Source of the DNA: an uncultured Verrucomicrobiae bacterium
GTDB lineage: Bacteria > Verrucomicrobiota > Verrucomicrobiia > Limisphaerales > Palsa-1400
DNA length: 64,000 nt
NCBI GenBank assembly: GCA_963707025.1
Contig: CAVPOM010000006.1
Coordinates: 32,001 to 96,000 of the forward strand
Direction of reading: 5' to 3'
Shown: positions 47,749-59,487 of the stretch, piece after piece
Numbering within the stretch: the stretch's first letter is position 1
How the letters are laid out: each line of letters opens with the position of its first letter
Made by a program: the position numbers and the translations under genes
The notes under the pieces: generated by a model
The model's database searches: none
Told to the model about the DNA's origin: nothing
Seen by the model: the letters and a program-made list of their open reading frames with translations, nothing else

Positions 47749-50271
47749 ATGCGAAACACACTCAAAGAATTGTTTAAAATCACGATCATTCTGGCGGTTT
47801 TGCTCCCGCTGGCCTCCCGGGCCGACGACGCCCATCCCAGCCCCGGCGGAGGCCGGCGCGGCGCTGGCGGTTTGGGTGGTCCTCCGCAGGGCGTCTATAA
47901 ATCCGTCATCATCCCGCACTGGTTTGCCGGCGACAGCAAGTTTTGGTACCGGAACGCCTTGCGCGGCGGCGCCAGCGAATTCGTGCTGGTGGATGCCGAA
48001 AAAGGAATGCGCCGGGCCGCATTCGATCACGAAAAACTAGCCGCCGCACTTTCCAAAGCCGCCGGGAAGGAATTCAAGGCCGATCATCTGCCATTTACCA
48101 CCATTGAATTCAGCGATGACGGCCAGTCCGTCAAGTTCGACGCCGCCGACAAGTCCTGGCGTTGCGAATTGGATTCGTATCAATGCACTTCCCAGGCCGC
48201 CACGGAAAAGAGCGCGTCGCTGGTTCCGGCCCAACCCCCGGCCATCGCTCCGGCCGGCCTCCCAGACACCGCAGATGCTTATGTCTCCGGCGTATTGGAC
48301 CCTTTCCCCTCTTACGATGAACTCGATCCCGCGCCCCCTCAACAAGACCAAGCCCAGGGACCGGGCCGGGGTGGCCGGGGCGGCCGCGGCGGCGGTCGTG
48401 GCTTCGGTGGCGGCGGTGGCCGCTCCCCGGATGGAAAGTGGTCCGTTACCGTAAAGGATTACAACCTCTACTTGCGCGCCTTGCCTGAGGGCCAGGAAGA
48501 GCAGATCACCCAGGACGGCAAGGAAGGCGACGCCTACGGACGCCTCCAATGGTCCCCCGATTCCAAGACGCTCACCACCTGGCAAACCGTGCCCGGCGAG
48601 CGCAAGCTGGTCTATCTGGTCCAGTCCTCTCCTGCCAATGCAGGCCGCACGGTGGAAACCTCGCGGCCTTACGCGCAGGCCGGCGACAAGTTCACCACCT
48701 ATGAATTGAGCATCTTTGATGTGGCCAGCCACAAGCTGATCAAGCCGGAGGTGGACAAGTTCGAGCACGAATATGAATCGCCCAACATCCATTGGAGCCT
48801 GGACCGTTCCCATTTCACCTATCAGTTGGAAGACCGCGGCCATCAGCGCATGAGGCTCATCGAAGTGGACGCCAGCACCGGCGCGGTGCGCAATCTGGTG
48901 GACGAGCAGACCAAGACCTTTATCTGGACGGCGCACACCGAAGGCCCGCAGCGCTACGGCTTCACGATTTTCTGGTATTTGGAAAAGACCGATGAAGTGC
49001 TCCACCAGTCCGAAAAAGACGGCTGGCGGCACATTTATCTTGTTGACCCAAAAACGGGTGAGAGCAAGCAAGTGACCAAGGGGCAGTGGATCATCCGCGG
49101 CATTTCGAGCGTGGATGAGGACAAGCGCCAGATCTGGTTTGCCGCCAGCGGCATGTATCCGGACCAGGATCCCTATTTCATCAATTATGGCCGCGTCAAC
49201 TTCGACGGCTCCGGCCTGGTCATGCTGACCGACGGCAACGGCAACCACAGCATCGTCTATTCGCCTGACAAGAAATACATTATTGACACATACAGCCGCG
49301 TGGACATGCCGCCCGTCAACGAACTGCGCCGCGCCGCCGACGGCAAGCTGGTCTGCAAACTGGAGGAATCGGACATCACCGAACTGACCGAGCGCGGCTT
49401 CAAGACGCCGGAGGTTTTCACGGCCAAGGGACGTGACGGCGTGACGGACATCTGGGGCGTTATCACCCGCCCGGCCAAATTCGATCCCAACAAAAAATAT
49501 CCCATTTTGGAAAATATCTACAATGGGCCGCAGGACAGCTACGTTCCCAAGTCCTTCAGCGGCGGCGGCGGGCGCGGCGGCGGCTATGGGGCGCTGGGCT
49601 TCATCGTCGTGCAGTGCGACGCAATGGGTACGGCCAACCGCTCCAAGGCCTTTCACGATGTCTGCTGGCACAACCTGGGCGACGGCGGCTTCCCCGATCG
49701 CATCGCCTGGATCAAGGCGGCCGCCGGAAAATATCCGTATATGGACACCAATCGCGTGGGCATATTCGGCACCTCGGCCGGCGGGCAGAACGCGGCGGCG
49801 GCGGTGATTTTTCATTCGGAATTCTACAAGGTGGCGGTGGCCAATTCGGGCTGCCACGACAATCGAATTGACAAGGCCTCCTGGAACGAGCAATGGATGG
49901 GCTACATGCCGCCGGACAAGATCTGGATCAAGAGCGACGACAATTGGTATTCGAAATCATCCAACATAGACAACGCCGCCAGGCTGGGCGGCAAGCTCCT
50001 GCTCATCGTCGGGGAACTGGACCACAATGTCCCTCCCGAATCCACTTTCCGGCTGGTGAACGAATTGATCATGGCCAACAAGGACTTCGAAATGTTGGTG
50101 GTTCCCAACGCCGATCACGGCGCGTCCAGCACACCCACCGGTCTTAATGTCCCGTTCAACCGCACCTACGCCGGGCGGCGGACGCAGGATTTCCTGGTGC
50201 AAAATCTGATGGGCAAAATGCCGCCCAACCGGAACGCCGGCGAAAAGGACCCCGTCAATGCCGCCAATTGA
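47749..50271 (+). CDS. S9B dipeptidyl-peptidase IV family serine peptidase
   Basis: DPPIV-type propeller; GTSAGG nucleophile; GELDHNV; ADH. Confidence 0.9.
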   Translation: MRNTLKELFKITIILAVLLPLASRADDAHPSPGGGRRGAGGLGGPPQGVYKSVIIPHWFAGDSKFWYRNALRGGASEFVLVDAEKGMRRAAFDHEKLAAALSKAAGKEFKADHLPFTTIEFSDDGQSVKFDAADKSWRCELDSYQCTSQAATEKSASLVPAQPPAIAPAGLPDTADAYVSGVLDPFPSYDELDPAPPQQDQAQGPGRGGRGGRGGGRGFGGGGGRSPDGKWSVTVKDYNLYLRALPEGQEEQITQDGKEGDAYGRLQWSPDSKTLTTWQTVPGERKLVYLVQSSPANAGRTVETSRPYAQAGDKFTTYELSIFDVASHKLIKPEVDKFEHEYESPNIHWSLDRSHFTYQLEDRGHQRMRLIEVDASTGAVRNLVDEQTKTFIWTAHTEGPQRYGFTIFWYLEKTDEVLHQSEKDGWRHIYLVDPKTGESKQVTKGQWIIRGISSVDEDKRQIWFAASGMYPDQDPYFINYGRVNFDGSGLVMLTDGNGNHSIVYSPDKKYIIDTYSRVDMPPVNELRRAADGKLVCKLEESDITELTERGFKTPEVFTAKGRDGVTDIWGVITRPAKFDPNKKYPILENIYNGPQDSYVPKSFSGGGGRGGGYGALGFIVVQCDAMGTANRSKAFHDVCWHNLGDGGFPDRIAWIKAAAGKYPYMDTNRVGIFGTSAGGQNAAAAVIFHSEFYKVAVANSGCHDNRIDKASWNEQWMGYMPPDKIWIKSDDNWYSKSSNIDNAARLGGKLLLIVGELDHNVPPESTFRLVNELIMANKDFEMLVVPNADHGASSTPTGLNVPFNRTYAGRRTQDFLVQNLMGKMPPNRNAGEKDPVNAAN

Positions 50272-50328
50272 AATTCTGAATGGCATGGAATACCGTGGCG
50301 CCAACGACGCCGGAAGCGGCCGGCCTGA

Positions 50329-50640
50329 ATGAAAGAGTTGGAAGATTGTTTCGGGCAAAAGGTGCGGATTACGGCGGAGCGGTTGGCGCATATTTTGGAA
50401 CACCCGGAAATGATTGGCATGGCCGCCGAGATTGTGCATGTGCTGCGAGAGCCGCAGTTGGTGCGCCGCTCCGTTTCGGATGCCGCGGCGCGTTTGTTTT
50501 ATGAGTTTTACGCACGCACATTGAGCGGTGGCAATTGGCTCTGCGTTGTGGTTAAATACTTGGAGAATGATGCGTTTGTCGTCACGGCCTACCTGACCGA
50601 CACGCCGAAAGCTGGAGAAGAATTATGGCCGAAAAAATAA
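50329..50640 (+). CDS. Putative BECR-fold toxin (DUF4258/PBECR2-like)
   Basis: VRITAERLAHILEHPEM..EP..LCVVVKY..AFVVTAY; overlaps the next small acidic gene. Confidence 0.7.
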   Translation: MKELEDCFGQKVRITAERLAHILEHPEMIGMAAEIVHVLREPQLVRRSVSDAAARLFYEFYARTLSGGNWLCVVVKYLENDAFVVTAYLTDTPKAGEELWPKK

Positions 50641-50834
50641 AAGTCTGGTTCGATGCCGAGGCCGATTTCCTGGAAGTGCGCTTTTCAGAAGCCGCAGGCT
50701 ATATGAAACAAACCGCCCATGACGCCGTCATGGAACGTTTGGACGCGCAAGGTCATGTCATCGGATTCAGTATTATGGGAGTCAGCCGCTTCAAAAAGGA
50801 CAACCCCATCGAGGCCGACTTGACCGCAGCCTGA
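50625..50834 (+). CDS. DUF2283-family putative antitoxin
   Basis: VWFDAEADFLEVRF..ERLD..G.VIGFSI. Confidence 0.8.
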   Translation: MAEKIKVWFDAEADFLEVRFSEAAGYMKQTAHDAVMERLDAQGHVIGFSIMGVSRFKKDNPIEADLTAA

Positions 50835-50908
50835 GGTCGCTGTTTCCGCCACAAACCGCGCGGCGGTACGGCGCACTCAAGACCCGCGCGTCACCCCACC
50901 ACATTTTT

Positions 50909-53774
50909 ATGAACCAAATTATGCCAAAAAACATCGGCTGGGTCTTCTGCCTCTGCGTCATCGGCCTTTGGTTCACATCCGCCCAGCAGGCTGAAGCCCA
51001 GCGCCGCGGCGGCGGGGGACCTCCCACCCTGGGCCTGACCAACGGCTACCTCGAATTGGAAACGCCGGACTTCAACCTCAAGCTGGTGAAGGACTCGCAG
51101 ACGCTGGCGGCGTTGCAGCCCAAAAGTGCGAACGGATTCGATTTCACTCCCGCCGACCAACTTCCCGCCCGGCAGGCCAACCGCTTTTATCACATTGGCG
51201 ACCTGACTTTCCGGCTGCGCACCAATAACGCGGAGGCGTGGGCCAATTATTCCACCGCGGCGGCGCGCCAGCCGGTCGCGGCCCTGCCGGTGACCGCCCC
51301 GGCCCTGGCGTCGGCCGACCTTTCCGCCACCTTGCCCGATGTCTGCCCGTTCCAGGTCATCCGCACCTGGACGGTGGAGAAGGACCGGCTGGTGCTGAGA
51401 TTTGATGTCAAGAACAAGTTGGATGTTCCGGTGGAAATCGGCGCGCTGGGCATTCCGCTGATTTTCAACAACAACGCGGGCTACAACGGCAACAAGGGGA
51501 GAGTGCAGTCCATGTCGGCCTTTTCCGATCCGGCCATCGGGCTGGACGGAGGTTATGTGCAGGTGACCCGTCTGAACGGGCATGGGCCGGCGCTGGTCGT
51601 GGTTCCCGAAGGCCAGACACCGCTGGAAGCTTACGAGCCGTTGCAAAGCGACAAGATCGGCGACCTGACGCCGACCACCCAGACCTTTGAGGCGTTTTAT
51701 GAATGGATGGTCCATGGCGCCGCCTACGCCGAAAATGAGTGGAAAGCCGAGGGAGACCGCTGGGTAACCGCTCACGGAATGAGCGCGGACTATGCCGCCA
51801 CGGACTGGAAAACCCTGAAACCCTGGAACAGGCCGACTGCGGAATCGCTCGCGCCCGGTGCTACCAGGACATTCGGGCTGAAGTTCCTTGTCTCGCCGGA
51901 AATCCGTGACATCACCAAAACGCTGATCGCGAACAACCGGCCGGCAGCCCTCGGCATCCCGGGCTACATCCTGCCGATGGGGATGGACGGCCAATTGTTC
52001 CTCAATCATGGCGGGATTGGCATCAAATCGTTTGTCTCCGAGCCGGCTGGAGCCATCGAGGTCATGTCGCATTCCACAAACGGCCCGCTCGGAGCCGGCT
52101 GGTCGTCCGAGTTCACGCTCCACGGCAAAACCTGGGGACGCTGCAACCTGCGGATTGAATACGGAGACGGGCTGGTGCAGACGATCAGTTACGATGTCAT
52201 CAAGCCCGAGGCGCAAGCCCTGGCGGACATGGGCCATTTCTTGTTTACAAAGGACTGGTACACCGACACCAACGATCCCTTTCACCGCGCACCCTCGGTG
52301 ATGACCTATGATCGCGGCCATGACCGGATAGTGTTGCAGGATGCTCTCACCTGGAAGGCCGGCCTGGAGGACGAGGGCGGGTCGGGAGGATGGGTGTCGG
52401 CCTGCATGAAGGAATTTGGCGAACCGGCCAAGGCGGAGGTGGAGAAGGAGGAACAATTCATTGATGGCGTGCTTTGGGGCGGCATCCAATACAAGGACGG
52501 CCCCAAGAAATACACCGTGGTCAACAGCATGTTTTATTACCAGCCGGATGAGATCACCAATTATTACACCAACCGTTTCAGTCCGACAGACTGGACCAAA
52601 TGGAATAAACAGCGCGCGCTCACCGGAGGGCGGGATCGTCCGCGCGCCTATAATTATCCGCACGTCGTGGCGGCGTATTGGTCCATGTACCGCCTGGCCC
52701 GCAACCATGCTGGACTGGTGACCAATCACCCTTGGGACTGGTATCTGGATCAGGCTTACCAAACCGTCAATTCTCTCACCCATAACCAGGTGGGTTACCT
52801 GGATGTGGGCCTGATGGAAGGGGACGTATTTGTGCTGCTTTTGCAGGATTTGAAACGGGAAGGGTGGACTGAGAAAGCAGAGACATTGGAGCAGGCGATG
52901 AAAGGGCGCGCCGAGGGCTGGAACCGGGAGCCTTATCCATTCGGGAGCGAACAGGCCTGGGACTCGACGGGCCAGCCGGAGGTTTATGCGTGGACGGAGT
53001 ATTTCGGTTTCCATGAGAAGGCGCAGATTTGCCTGGACTCGATTCTCGGCTACATGCCGACCGTGCCGAGTTGGGCCTACAACGGCAACGCGCGCCGCTA
53101 CTGGGATTTTTACTATGGCGCCGCGCCGCCCGGACAACAGGAGCGCCAGATCCATCATTACGGCTCGGGCATCAATGCCGTTCCGGTCCTGTCCGCCTTC
53201 CGCACCCATCCTGATGACTTGTATCTTTTGTACGTGGGTTACGGCGGGCTGATGGGCGCCCTGGCCTGCATTGATCAGGACGGGTTTCCCTCCGCCGCCT
53301 TTCACGCCAATCCGGCCATCCTCAAGTGGGACACTTACACCGGCGACTGCGGCCCGAATCTTTTCAGCCTGGCCATCAACACCGGCACCTACCTTGTCAA
53401 TCATCCGAATTTCGGCTGGCAGGCCTTCGGGGGCAACGTCCAAACCGGCGGCGACTGGGTGACGGTCACGCCGCTGGACGCCTTCCGCATGAGATGCTAC
53501 GTCGCGCCGCTGGGCCTGTGGCTGACCCTGGACGCCGGCGCATTTGAATCCGTATCTGTCAATACTAAAACTCACGACGTGCGGGTGGAGCTTTCCCCGG
53601 CGGACCGCTACACGCCCCAGGCGCGCCTCCGCATCGAGCAGCCGGCCAGTGGCCGGCGTGGCCGGTTTTCATCCCGCCGGCGGACTGGCTCCTGCGCAGG
53701 AGCGAGGCGCTTGGGTGATTCCCCTCTCGTCCCGGCCCACGCAAGTTGAGTTAAACGACCTGGCCGTCCGATAA
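50909..53774 (+). CDS. DUF5695-family secreted putative glycoside hydrolase (apparent frameshift near 53650)
   Basis: LVKDSQTLAAL, HIGDLTFR, RAYNYPHV, YPFGSEQAWDSTGQ, ERQIHHYGSG; C-terminus continues in the 53544-53774 frame. Confidence 0.8.
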
Positions 53775-53782
53775 ACTTTAAA

Positions 53783-55408
53783 TCACGGAGTGGCCTTCAC
53801 GGGTGTCACTTGCACGAGCACGACGCCGTGATGCGGCACCACGGTGTGGAACTCGCCGGTGAACTTGCCGAGATCCTGCTGCCGCCACAGATCGCGCACC
53901 GTCTGTTCGCCGGCCAGGCCGAGGTCGGACCATTTGGCCACGACATTGGTTTCGGTGTTGTTGCGGTTGAAAAGGCCGACGGCTTTGGAGCCGTCTTCCA
54001 TGTCCTTGGCCCAGATTTCCAGGTTTTGATCCTTCACGACCCGGCCGGCCTGGCGTCCGAGCGGGTCCTGACTGACCGCCAAAACTTCATCGTTGCTCAA
54101 CAGGCTTAAGGTGAAGTCGTCCATCGCCGTCATATCGCAGCCGATCAAAAGCGGTCCCGTCAGCAGACACCACAGGCTGACGTGGACATATTGCTCATTG
54201 GGCGTCAGGCGCGTCGGGTGCAGCGCTCTTCCCGAACCGATGTCCACTTTGCCCACAATCATCATGTCCGGATCATTGAAGTGGCCGGGGCCAGCAAATT
54301 TCTCGTGGCCGAACTGGGAAAAGCCAATGGAGGAAAGGCTGCGCCAATTGTCCTGAATATCCCCTGTGGTGCGCCAACTATTGCCGCCGACGCTCGGCTC
54401 CGCGCCCCACTCCCAGACCTTCCCCCAGCCGTATTGGCACAGGCTGTACATGATGTCGCGCGGCACCTTGTCCAGCGCGGTCCGCATCACTTGATATGGC
54501 TTTTTCAGCGTGGGGAGATCGAAATCATTGGGGCCGCGCCGCCGGCTGGCGTTGGTGCTGGTGGTGCTGACGGGCGCCACTTGGGAGTAACTGCACCAGT
54601 CATATTTCAAGTAGTCAAAGCCCCAATCGGCATAACTTTGGGCGTCCTGCTCCTCGTGCTGATAACTGGCAACACAACCGCCGCAGGTCGTCGGGCCGGG
54701 TCCGGAATAAAGTCCCGCCTTTAAGCCAAGTCCGTGGATGTAGTCGGTCAGGCCTTTCATGTCAGGGAATCGCGGATTGGGAACGATCTTCCCGCTTGCG
54801 TCCCGTCCAGGGCCGCCCAGCGAATCATCGCGGGCCATGCGCCCCCGGTTCTGTTCCCAAAAATCATCGATGTTGATGTAGGTCCAGCCGTGGTTGATGA
54901 GGCCGGTGGCGACCATGGCGTCCGCCGCCGCCTTGACCCGGTCCTGCGTCACCGCGCCTCCCCAAACATTCCAACTATTCCACCCCAGCGCCGGCGTCAG
55001 CCCGATCACCGGGCCGCAGACGATCTTGAACGCGCGGTTGGCGGAACCGAGCCCGTTTTTGGCGCCGAGCGTCACCGTATAGGTTCCTTCCTTCGCGATG
55101 GAGCCGGTGATATGACCGTTGGCGGGGTCCACCGCCAATCCGTCGGGCAATCCCTGGGCGCTGAATGTCATGGGGCGGTCGCCGGTGGCGGCAATGGTGA
55201 AGAGGAAGGGATGGCCGGGGCGGACGCCAAAGACCTTGGCGCCGTTGATGCGCGGCGTGGGCGGCGGCTTGGGGGTGAGAATAATGGCCTCTTCGGCGTT
55301 GGCGGCAGGGGCCGCGGCCTCCTGGGCCGGGACAACCGGGCTTGACAGCAGGGCCATGCCGCAAAAAGCCGCGGCAAACTTCAGAGAATGAACGATCCTT
55401 CTTTTCAT
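53783..55408 (-). CDS. GH27 alpha-galactosidase / beta-L-arabinopyranosidase with putative Ig domain
   Basis: TPALGWNSWN, YINIDDFW, DYLKYDWC, WRTTGDI, NDPDMM; LPDGLAVDP..G.ITG. Confidence 0.92.
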   Translation of the reverse strand: MKRRIVHSLKFAAAFCGMALLSSPVVPAQEAAAPAANAEEAIILTPKPPPTPRINGAKVFGVRPGHPFLFTIAATGDRPMTFSAQGLPDGLAVDPANGHITGSIAKEGTYTVTLGAKNGLGSANRAFKIVCGPVIGLTPALGWNSWNVWGGAVTQDRVKAAADAMVATGLINHGWTYINIDDFWEQNRGRMARDDSLGGPGRDASGKIVPNPRFPDMKGLTDYIHGLGLKAGLYSGPGPTTCGGCVASYQHEEQDAQSYADWGFDYLKYDWCSYSQVAPVSTTSTNASRRRGPNDFDLPTLKKPYQVMRTALDKVPRDIMYSLCQYGWGKVWEWGAEPSVGGNSWRTTGDIQDNWRSLSSIGFSQFGHEKFAGPGHFNDPDMMIVGKVDIGSGRALHPTRLTPNEQYVHVSLWCLLTGPLLIGCDMTAMDDFTLSLLSNDEVLAVSQDPLGRQAGRVVKDQNLEIWAKDMEDGSKAVGLFNRNNTETNVVAKWSDLGLAGEQTVRDLWRQQDLGKFTGEFHTVVPHHGVVLVQVTPVKATP

Positions 55409-55590
55409 GGGAATGTTGTGTTGAACTGGCAATGTGCCGGTGAGTTTGCCTCCAAGCCGCCGGGGCTGTCGAGGGAAATAATAAAGTATAAAGGATAAAG
55501 GATAAATGGAGGCATAGGCGAATCGGGCCGATTGGTCATTGGTATGATAAATGCGGTTGGATGCATGGCAGCCCCCCGCCCAGGCCGGGA

Positions 55591-55650
55591 AGTGAAACCA
55601 GGTGAAATTAAGTGAAACTGGCTGAAATTAGGTGAAATTAGGTGAAATCC
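55591..55650 (+). repeat. Six tandem 10-mers, consensus GGTGAAATTA
   Basis: AGTGAAACCA GGTGAAATTA AGTGAAACTG GCTGAAATTA GGTGAAATTA GGTGAAATCC. Confidence 0.85.
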
Positions 55651-56244
55651 CGGGGTTGGTTTTGAACCGCGAAATACTCCAAATACGCGAACCCCGAACT
55701 CTGGTGGTCCCGCCGTCGCCCGGCGTGGCCGACATGGCCGACAAGGGAGTGATGGAGTGGTGGAGCCAGAAATGCAAAATGCATCCTCCTCCGCAGGGCC
55801 TTCCACTTTCGCATCGGCTATGGAAGACAGGACGGTGGACAGGGAATGCAAAATGGGAGGCTGGCCTTTAACGATAAAGCTGATGGCTTTGCGAACTGAA
55901 GCAAACCAAGGCAACGAAGCGGTTGGACGCTGGAGGATGGCGAATGCAGCGCCGGGAAACCTGTCCAGGGCCCGCCGCCGTCTTCCTTTTCTGTCCTTGC
56001 CCGTCTCCACTATGCAATAATAACGGTTACATAGATATTGTCAACGGCAAAGTGGCAAGATAATGCAGAATGCAAAATGGGTGGAGGGCGGCGGACCCGA
56101 AGCGGGGATTCCGATGGAAAGAACTTGACGGGGCGACAGGATAGTGCGTCTATTGATCAACCATTAGCAATGCTCATAATTTCTAATAGTGAGTATAAGG
56201 AGAGAGGATGCCGACTTGGATGGCGGACAGGAGAAACGGTTGAG

Positions 56245-59200
56245 ATGAAAACGAGAAATTCAGTGTTAAAAAGGCTCAGTTTGGTTGCCAGCGCCTGGGT
56301 CTGGTGCGCCTTGAACCTGGAAGGGCAGAGCGCCCCCACCATCACCAGCCAGCCGGCCAATCAGTCGGTTTTGCCTGGGACCAATGTTGCATTCAGCGTG
56401 GTGGTGGCCGGCTCCGGCCCATTCGGTTATCAATGGCAATTCAACGGTACAAATCTTCCGAACAATAATATGATCGCAACCGTGGCGGGCAACGGTGGCG
56501 GAAACTACGTGGGGGATGGCGGCGCGGCCACCAACGCCAATCTGAATGCTCCGTCGGACGTGGCGTTGGACGCCCTCGGCGAGCTCTACATTGCTGACGC
56601 CGTCCACCAATGCATTCGCAAGGTGGACAACAACGGGATCATCACCACGGTGGCGGGCACCGGCAGCGCTGGCTATGGCGGAGACGGTGGCGTGGCCACC
56701 AAGGCCTATCTACATCAGCCGTACGGCGAAGTGGTAGATACCTCTGGCAACCTTTATATTGCGGACTACTTCAACAACCGCATTCGCCGGGTGGATCCCA
56801 ACGGCATCATCACCACCGTGGCGGGGACGAACGGCACAGGATACTTCGGGGACGGTGGCGCGGCGACCAATGCCTGGCCTGGCTGGCCCCTACGGGGTGG
56901 CCTTGAATTCAGCGGGCGACCTTTACATTGCTGCCTCCGGAAACGGCCGCGTCCGCAAGGTGGACACCAACGGCATCATCACAACGGTGGCCGGTGGAGG
57001 TATCGCCGGGGATGGCGGCGCAGCCACCAACGCTTCGCTGATTACTCCCAGAGCAGCGGCGGCGGATGCTTTCGGCCACATTTACATTGCTGACACCGGC
57101 CACAACCGCATTCGCAAAGTGGACACGAATGGAATCATCACGACGGTGGCGGGCGGAGGTTCCGGCGGTGATGGCGGCCGGGCTACCAACGCCAGCCTGA
57201 ATACTCCCTGCGGCCTGGCCTTGGATGCCGCGGGAAACCTGTATATTGCTGACGCTACTGACGAACGCGTCCGCAAGGTGGACACCGATGGAATCATCAC
57301 CACTATCGCAGGCAATGGCAATGGAGCCTTCTCCGGGGACGGCGGAGCAGCCGCCACTGCCAGCCTGGATTATCCCGAGGGTCTCGCCTTCGATGCCGTT
57401 GGCAACCTGTATATTGCGGACTCCTCCAACAACCGCATCCGCGAAGTCTATCTTGCCGGGTATCCAACGCTGGCGAACACCAATGTGAGCGCCAGCAATG
57501 CCGGCAACTACGCGGTCGTCATCACCAACCCTTACGGCAGCGCCACGAGCGTGGTAGCCACGCTGACGGTGCAAGGGCCGCCAGTCGTCACCCTTCAGCC
57601 AACAAACCAGACAGTTCTGGCAGGAAGCAGTCCTGTTTTCTCGGTGGCGGTTGCCGGCTGGGATCATTTGGGTATTGGTGGTACTTGGACATGACCAATC
57701 TGGTTCAGAGCGGCACGAACAGCATGCTCGCGCTGCCCGGCGTTTCCACGAATAATGCCGGCAGTTACACGGTGGTGGTAACCAACGCTTATGGCAGCGT
57801 GACCAGCCGGGTTGCTGCTTTGACGATAGCGTTTCCGCCCACAGTGACTGCCCAATCCGGCAGCCTGGCGGTGTTGGCGGGAACCAATGTGAGTTTGAGC
57901 GTCACGGTGGCCGGCACCGGCCCGTTCTCCTACCAATGGCTGTTGAACGGCTCCAATTTCCTGACCAACATCATCACGACCGTGGCAGGCAATGGCAACG
58001 GAACGTACGCGGGGGACGGTGGCCCGGCTACCAACGCCAGCATATCCGACCCTTCCAGTGTGGTTTTGGACGGCTCCGGCAACCTCTATATTGCCGACAC
58101 TTTCAACGATCGCATCCGAAAGGTGGACACCAACGGCACGATGACCACGGTGGCGGGCAATGGCCTCAACACCTACGGTGGCGACGGCGGCGCGGCCACC
58201 AATGCCAGCCTGCATACGCCCTGGGGGGTGGCTATGGATGCCGCAAGCAACCTGTATATTGCAGACTACAACAATCAGCGTATCCGCATCGTAAGCCCCA
58301 GCGGCATTATCAGCACCGTGGCTGGCAATGGCACTTCAGGCTATTCCGGCGACGGCGGCGCGGCCACTAACGCCACGCTGGCTTACCCCGCCGGTGTGGC
58401 CTGTGATGCCGCGGGCAACTTGTTTATTGGGGACCCTAACGAGGCCGCCATCCGCGAGGTGGGTATCAATGGCATCATCACCACGGTGGCGGGCACCGGC
58501 AATATAGGCTATTCCGGGGATGGCGGCGCGGCTACCAGCGCCAGTTTGTTTTCTCCCTACGGCGTGGCCTTGGATGCCTCGGGCAACTTTTATATTGCTG
58601 ACCGCAGCAACAACCGAATCCGCAAGGTGGACTCTCACGGCATCATTAGTACCGTCAGCCGGCTCTGGAAACGCTGGCTTTTACGGGGACGGCGGCCCGG
58701 CCACCAACGCCAGCCTGCAATCTCCCTCCGGGGTGGCGGTGGATTCCTCCGGCAACCTGTATATCGCCGACTACGCCCACAATTGCGTCCGCAAGGTGGA
58801 TACCACAGGCATCATCACCACGGTGGCGGGCGGCCTCGCCCGGGGATCTTCCGGGGACGGCGGCGCCGCCACGAACGCCAGTCTTACTAATCCGTCCGGC
58901 GTGGCCTGTGATGCCGCGGGCAACTTGTATATTGCGGACAGCGGCAACCAGCGCATCCGAGAGGTTTATCTTGCCGGGTATCCAACGCTCGCCCTAACCG
59001 GCGTGGGCACCAACAACGCCGGCAACTACACGGTTGTTGTCACCGGTCCTTACGGCAGCGTGACCAGCGCGGTGGCGACGCTTGCCGTCACCATTCCGAA
59101 CACGCCGCCGCAGATCATCACTGGTGATGCCTTTTTCGGCTTCCTGACCAACCAGTTCGGGTTCAATGTCAGCGGCGCGGCCGGGCAGACGATTGTGGTG

Positions 59201-59329
59201 GACGGCTCGACCGACCTGGTGAATTGGACTCCGCTCTGCACCAACACGGTCTGCAGCAACCTATTTTATTTTTGCGATCCGGCCTGGACCAATTTTCCGT
59301 GGTGCTTTTTCCGGGCCAGGTTGCAGTGA
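56245..59329 (+). CDS. Secreted Ig-domain + NHL-repeat (teneurin-like) protein, three apparent frameshifts (about 56872, 57660, 58656)
   Basis: PTITSQP..YQWQFNG Ig modules; repeated GDGGAATNA.L..P.GVA.D..GNLYIAD..N.RIRKVD; C-terminal STDLVNW..FFRARLQ. Confidence 0.85.
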
Positions 59330-59362
59330 GAAACGAACGCAGAATGGAGGAGGGGAAGGCGG

Positions 59363-59407
59363 GATTAAGATTAGGATTAAGATTAAGATTAGGATTGGGA
59401 TTGGGAT
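59363..59407 (+). repeat. Hexamer tandem repeat (GATTRR)n
   Basis: GATTAA GATTAG GATTAA GATTAA GATTAG GATTGG GATTGG GAT. Confidence 0.85.
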
Positions 59408-59437
59408 GCGGAGGGGAAAGGATCGGCAATCCGCGCC

Positions 59438-59466
59438 TTGACGCGGGGGCCGGTGTCCGGTAGTTT
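59438..59466 (+). promoter_or_regulatory. Putative clpP promoter
   Basis: TTGACG-17 bp-TAGTTT. Confidence 0.45.
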
Positions 59467-59487
59467 GCATTATTTCTTGTGAACGTT

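Noticed and set aside
59363..59407. Phase-variable repeat controlling clpP
   Set aside because: The repeat is degenerate and lies upstream of the candidate -35, not within the spacer or ORF.
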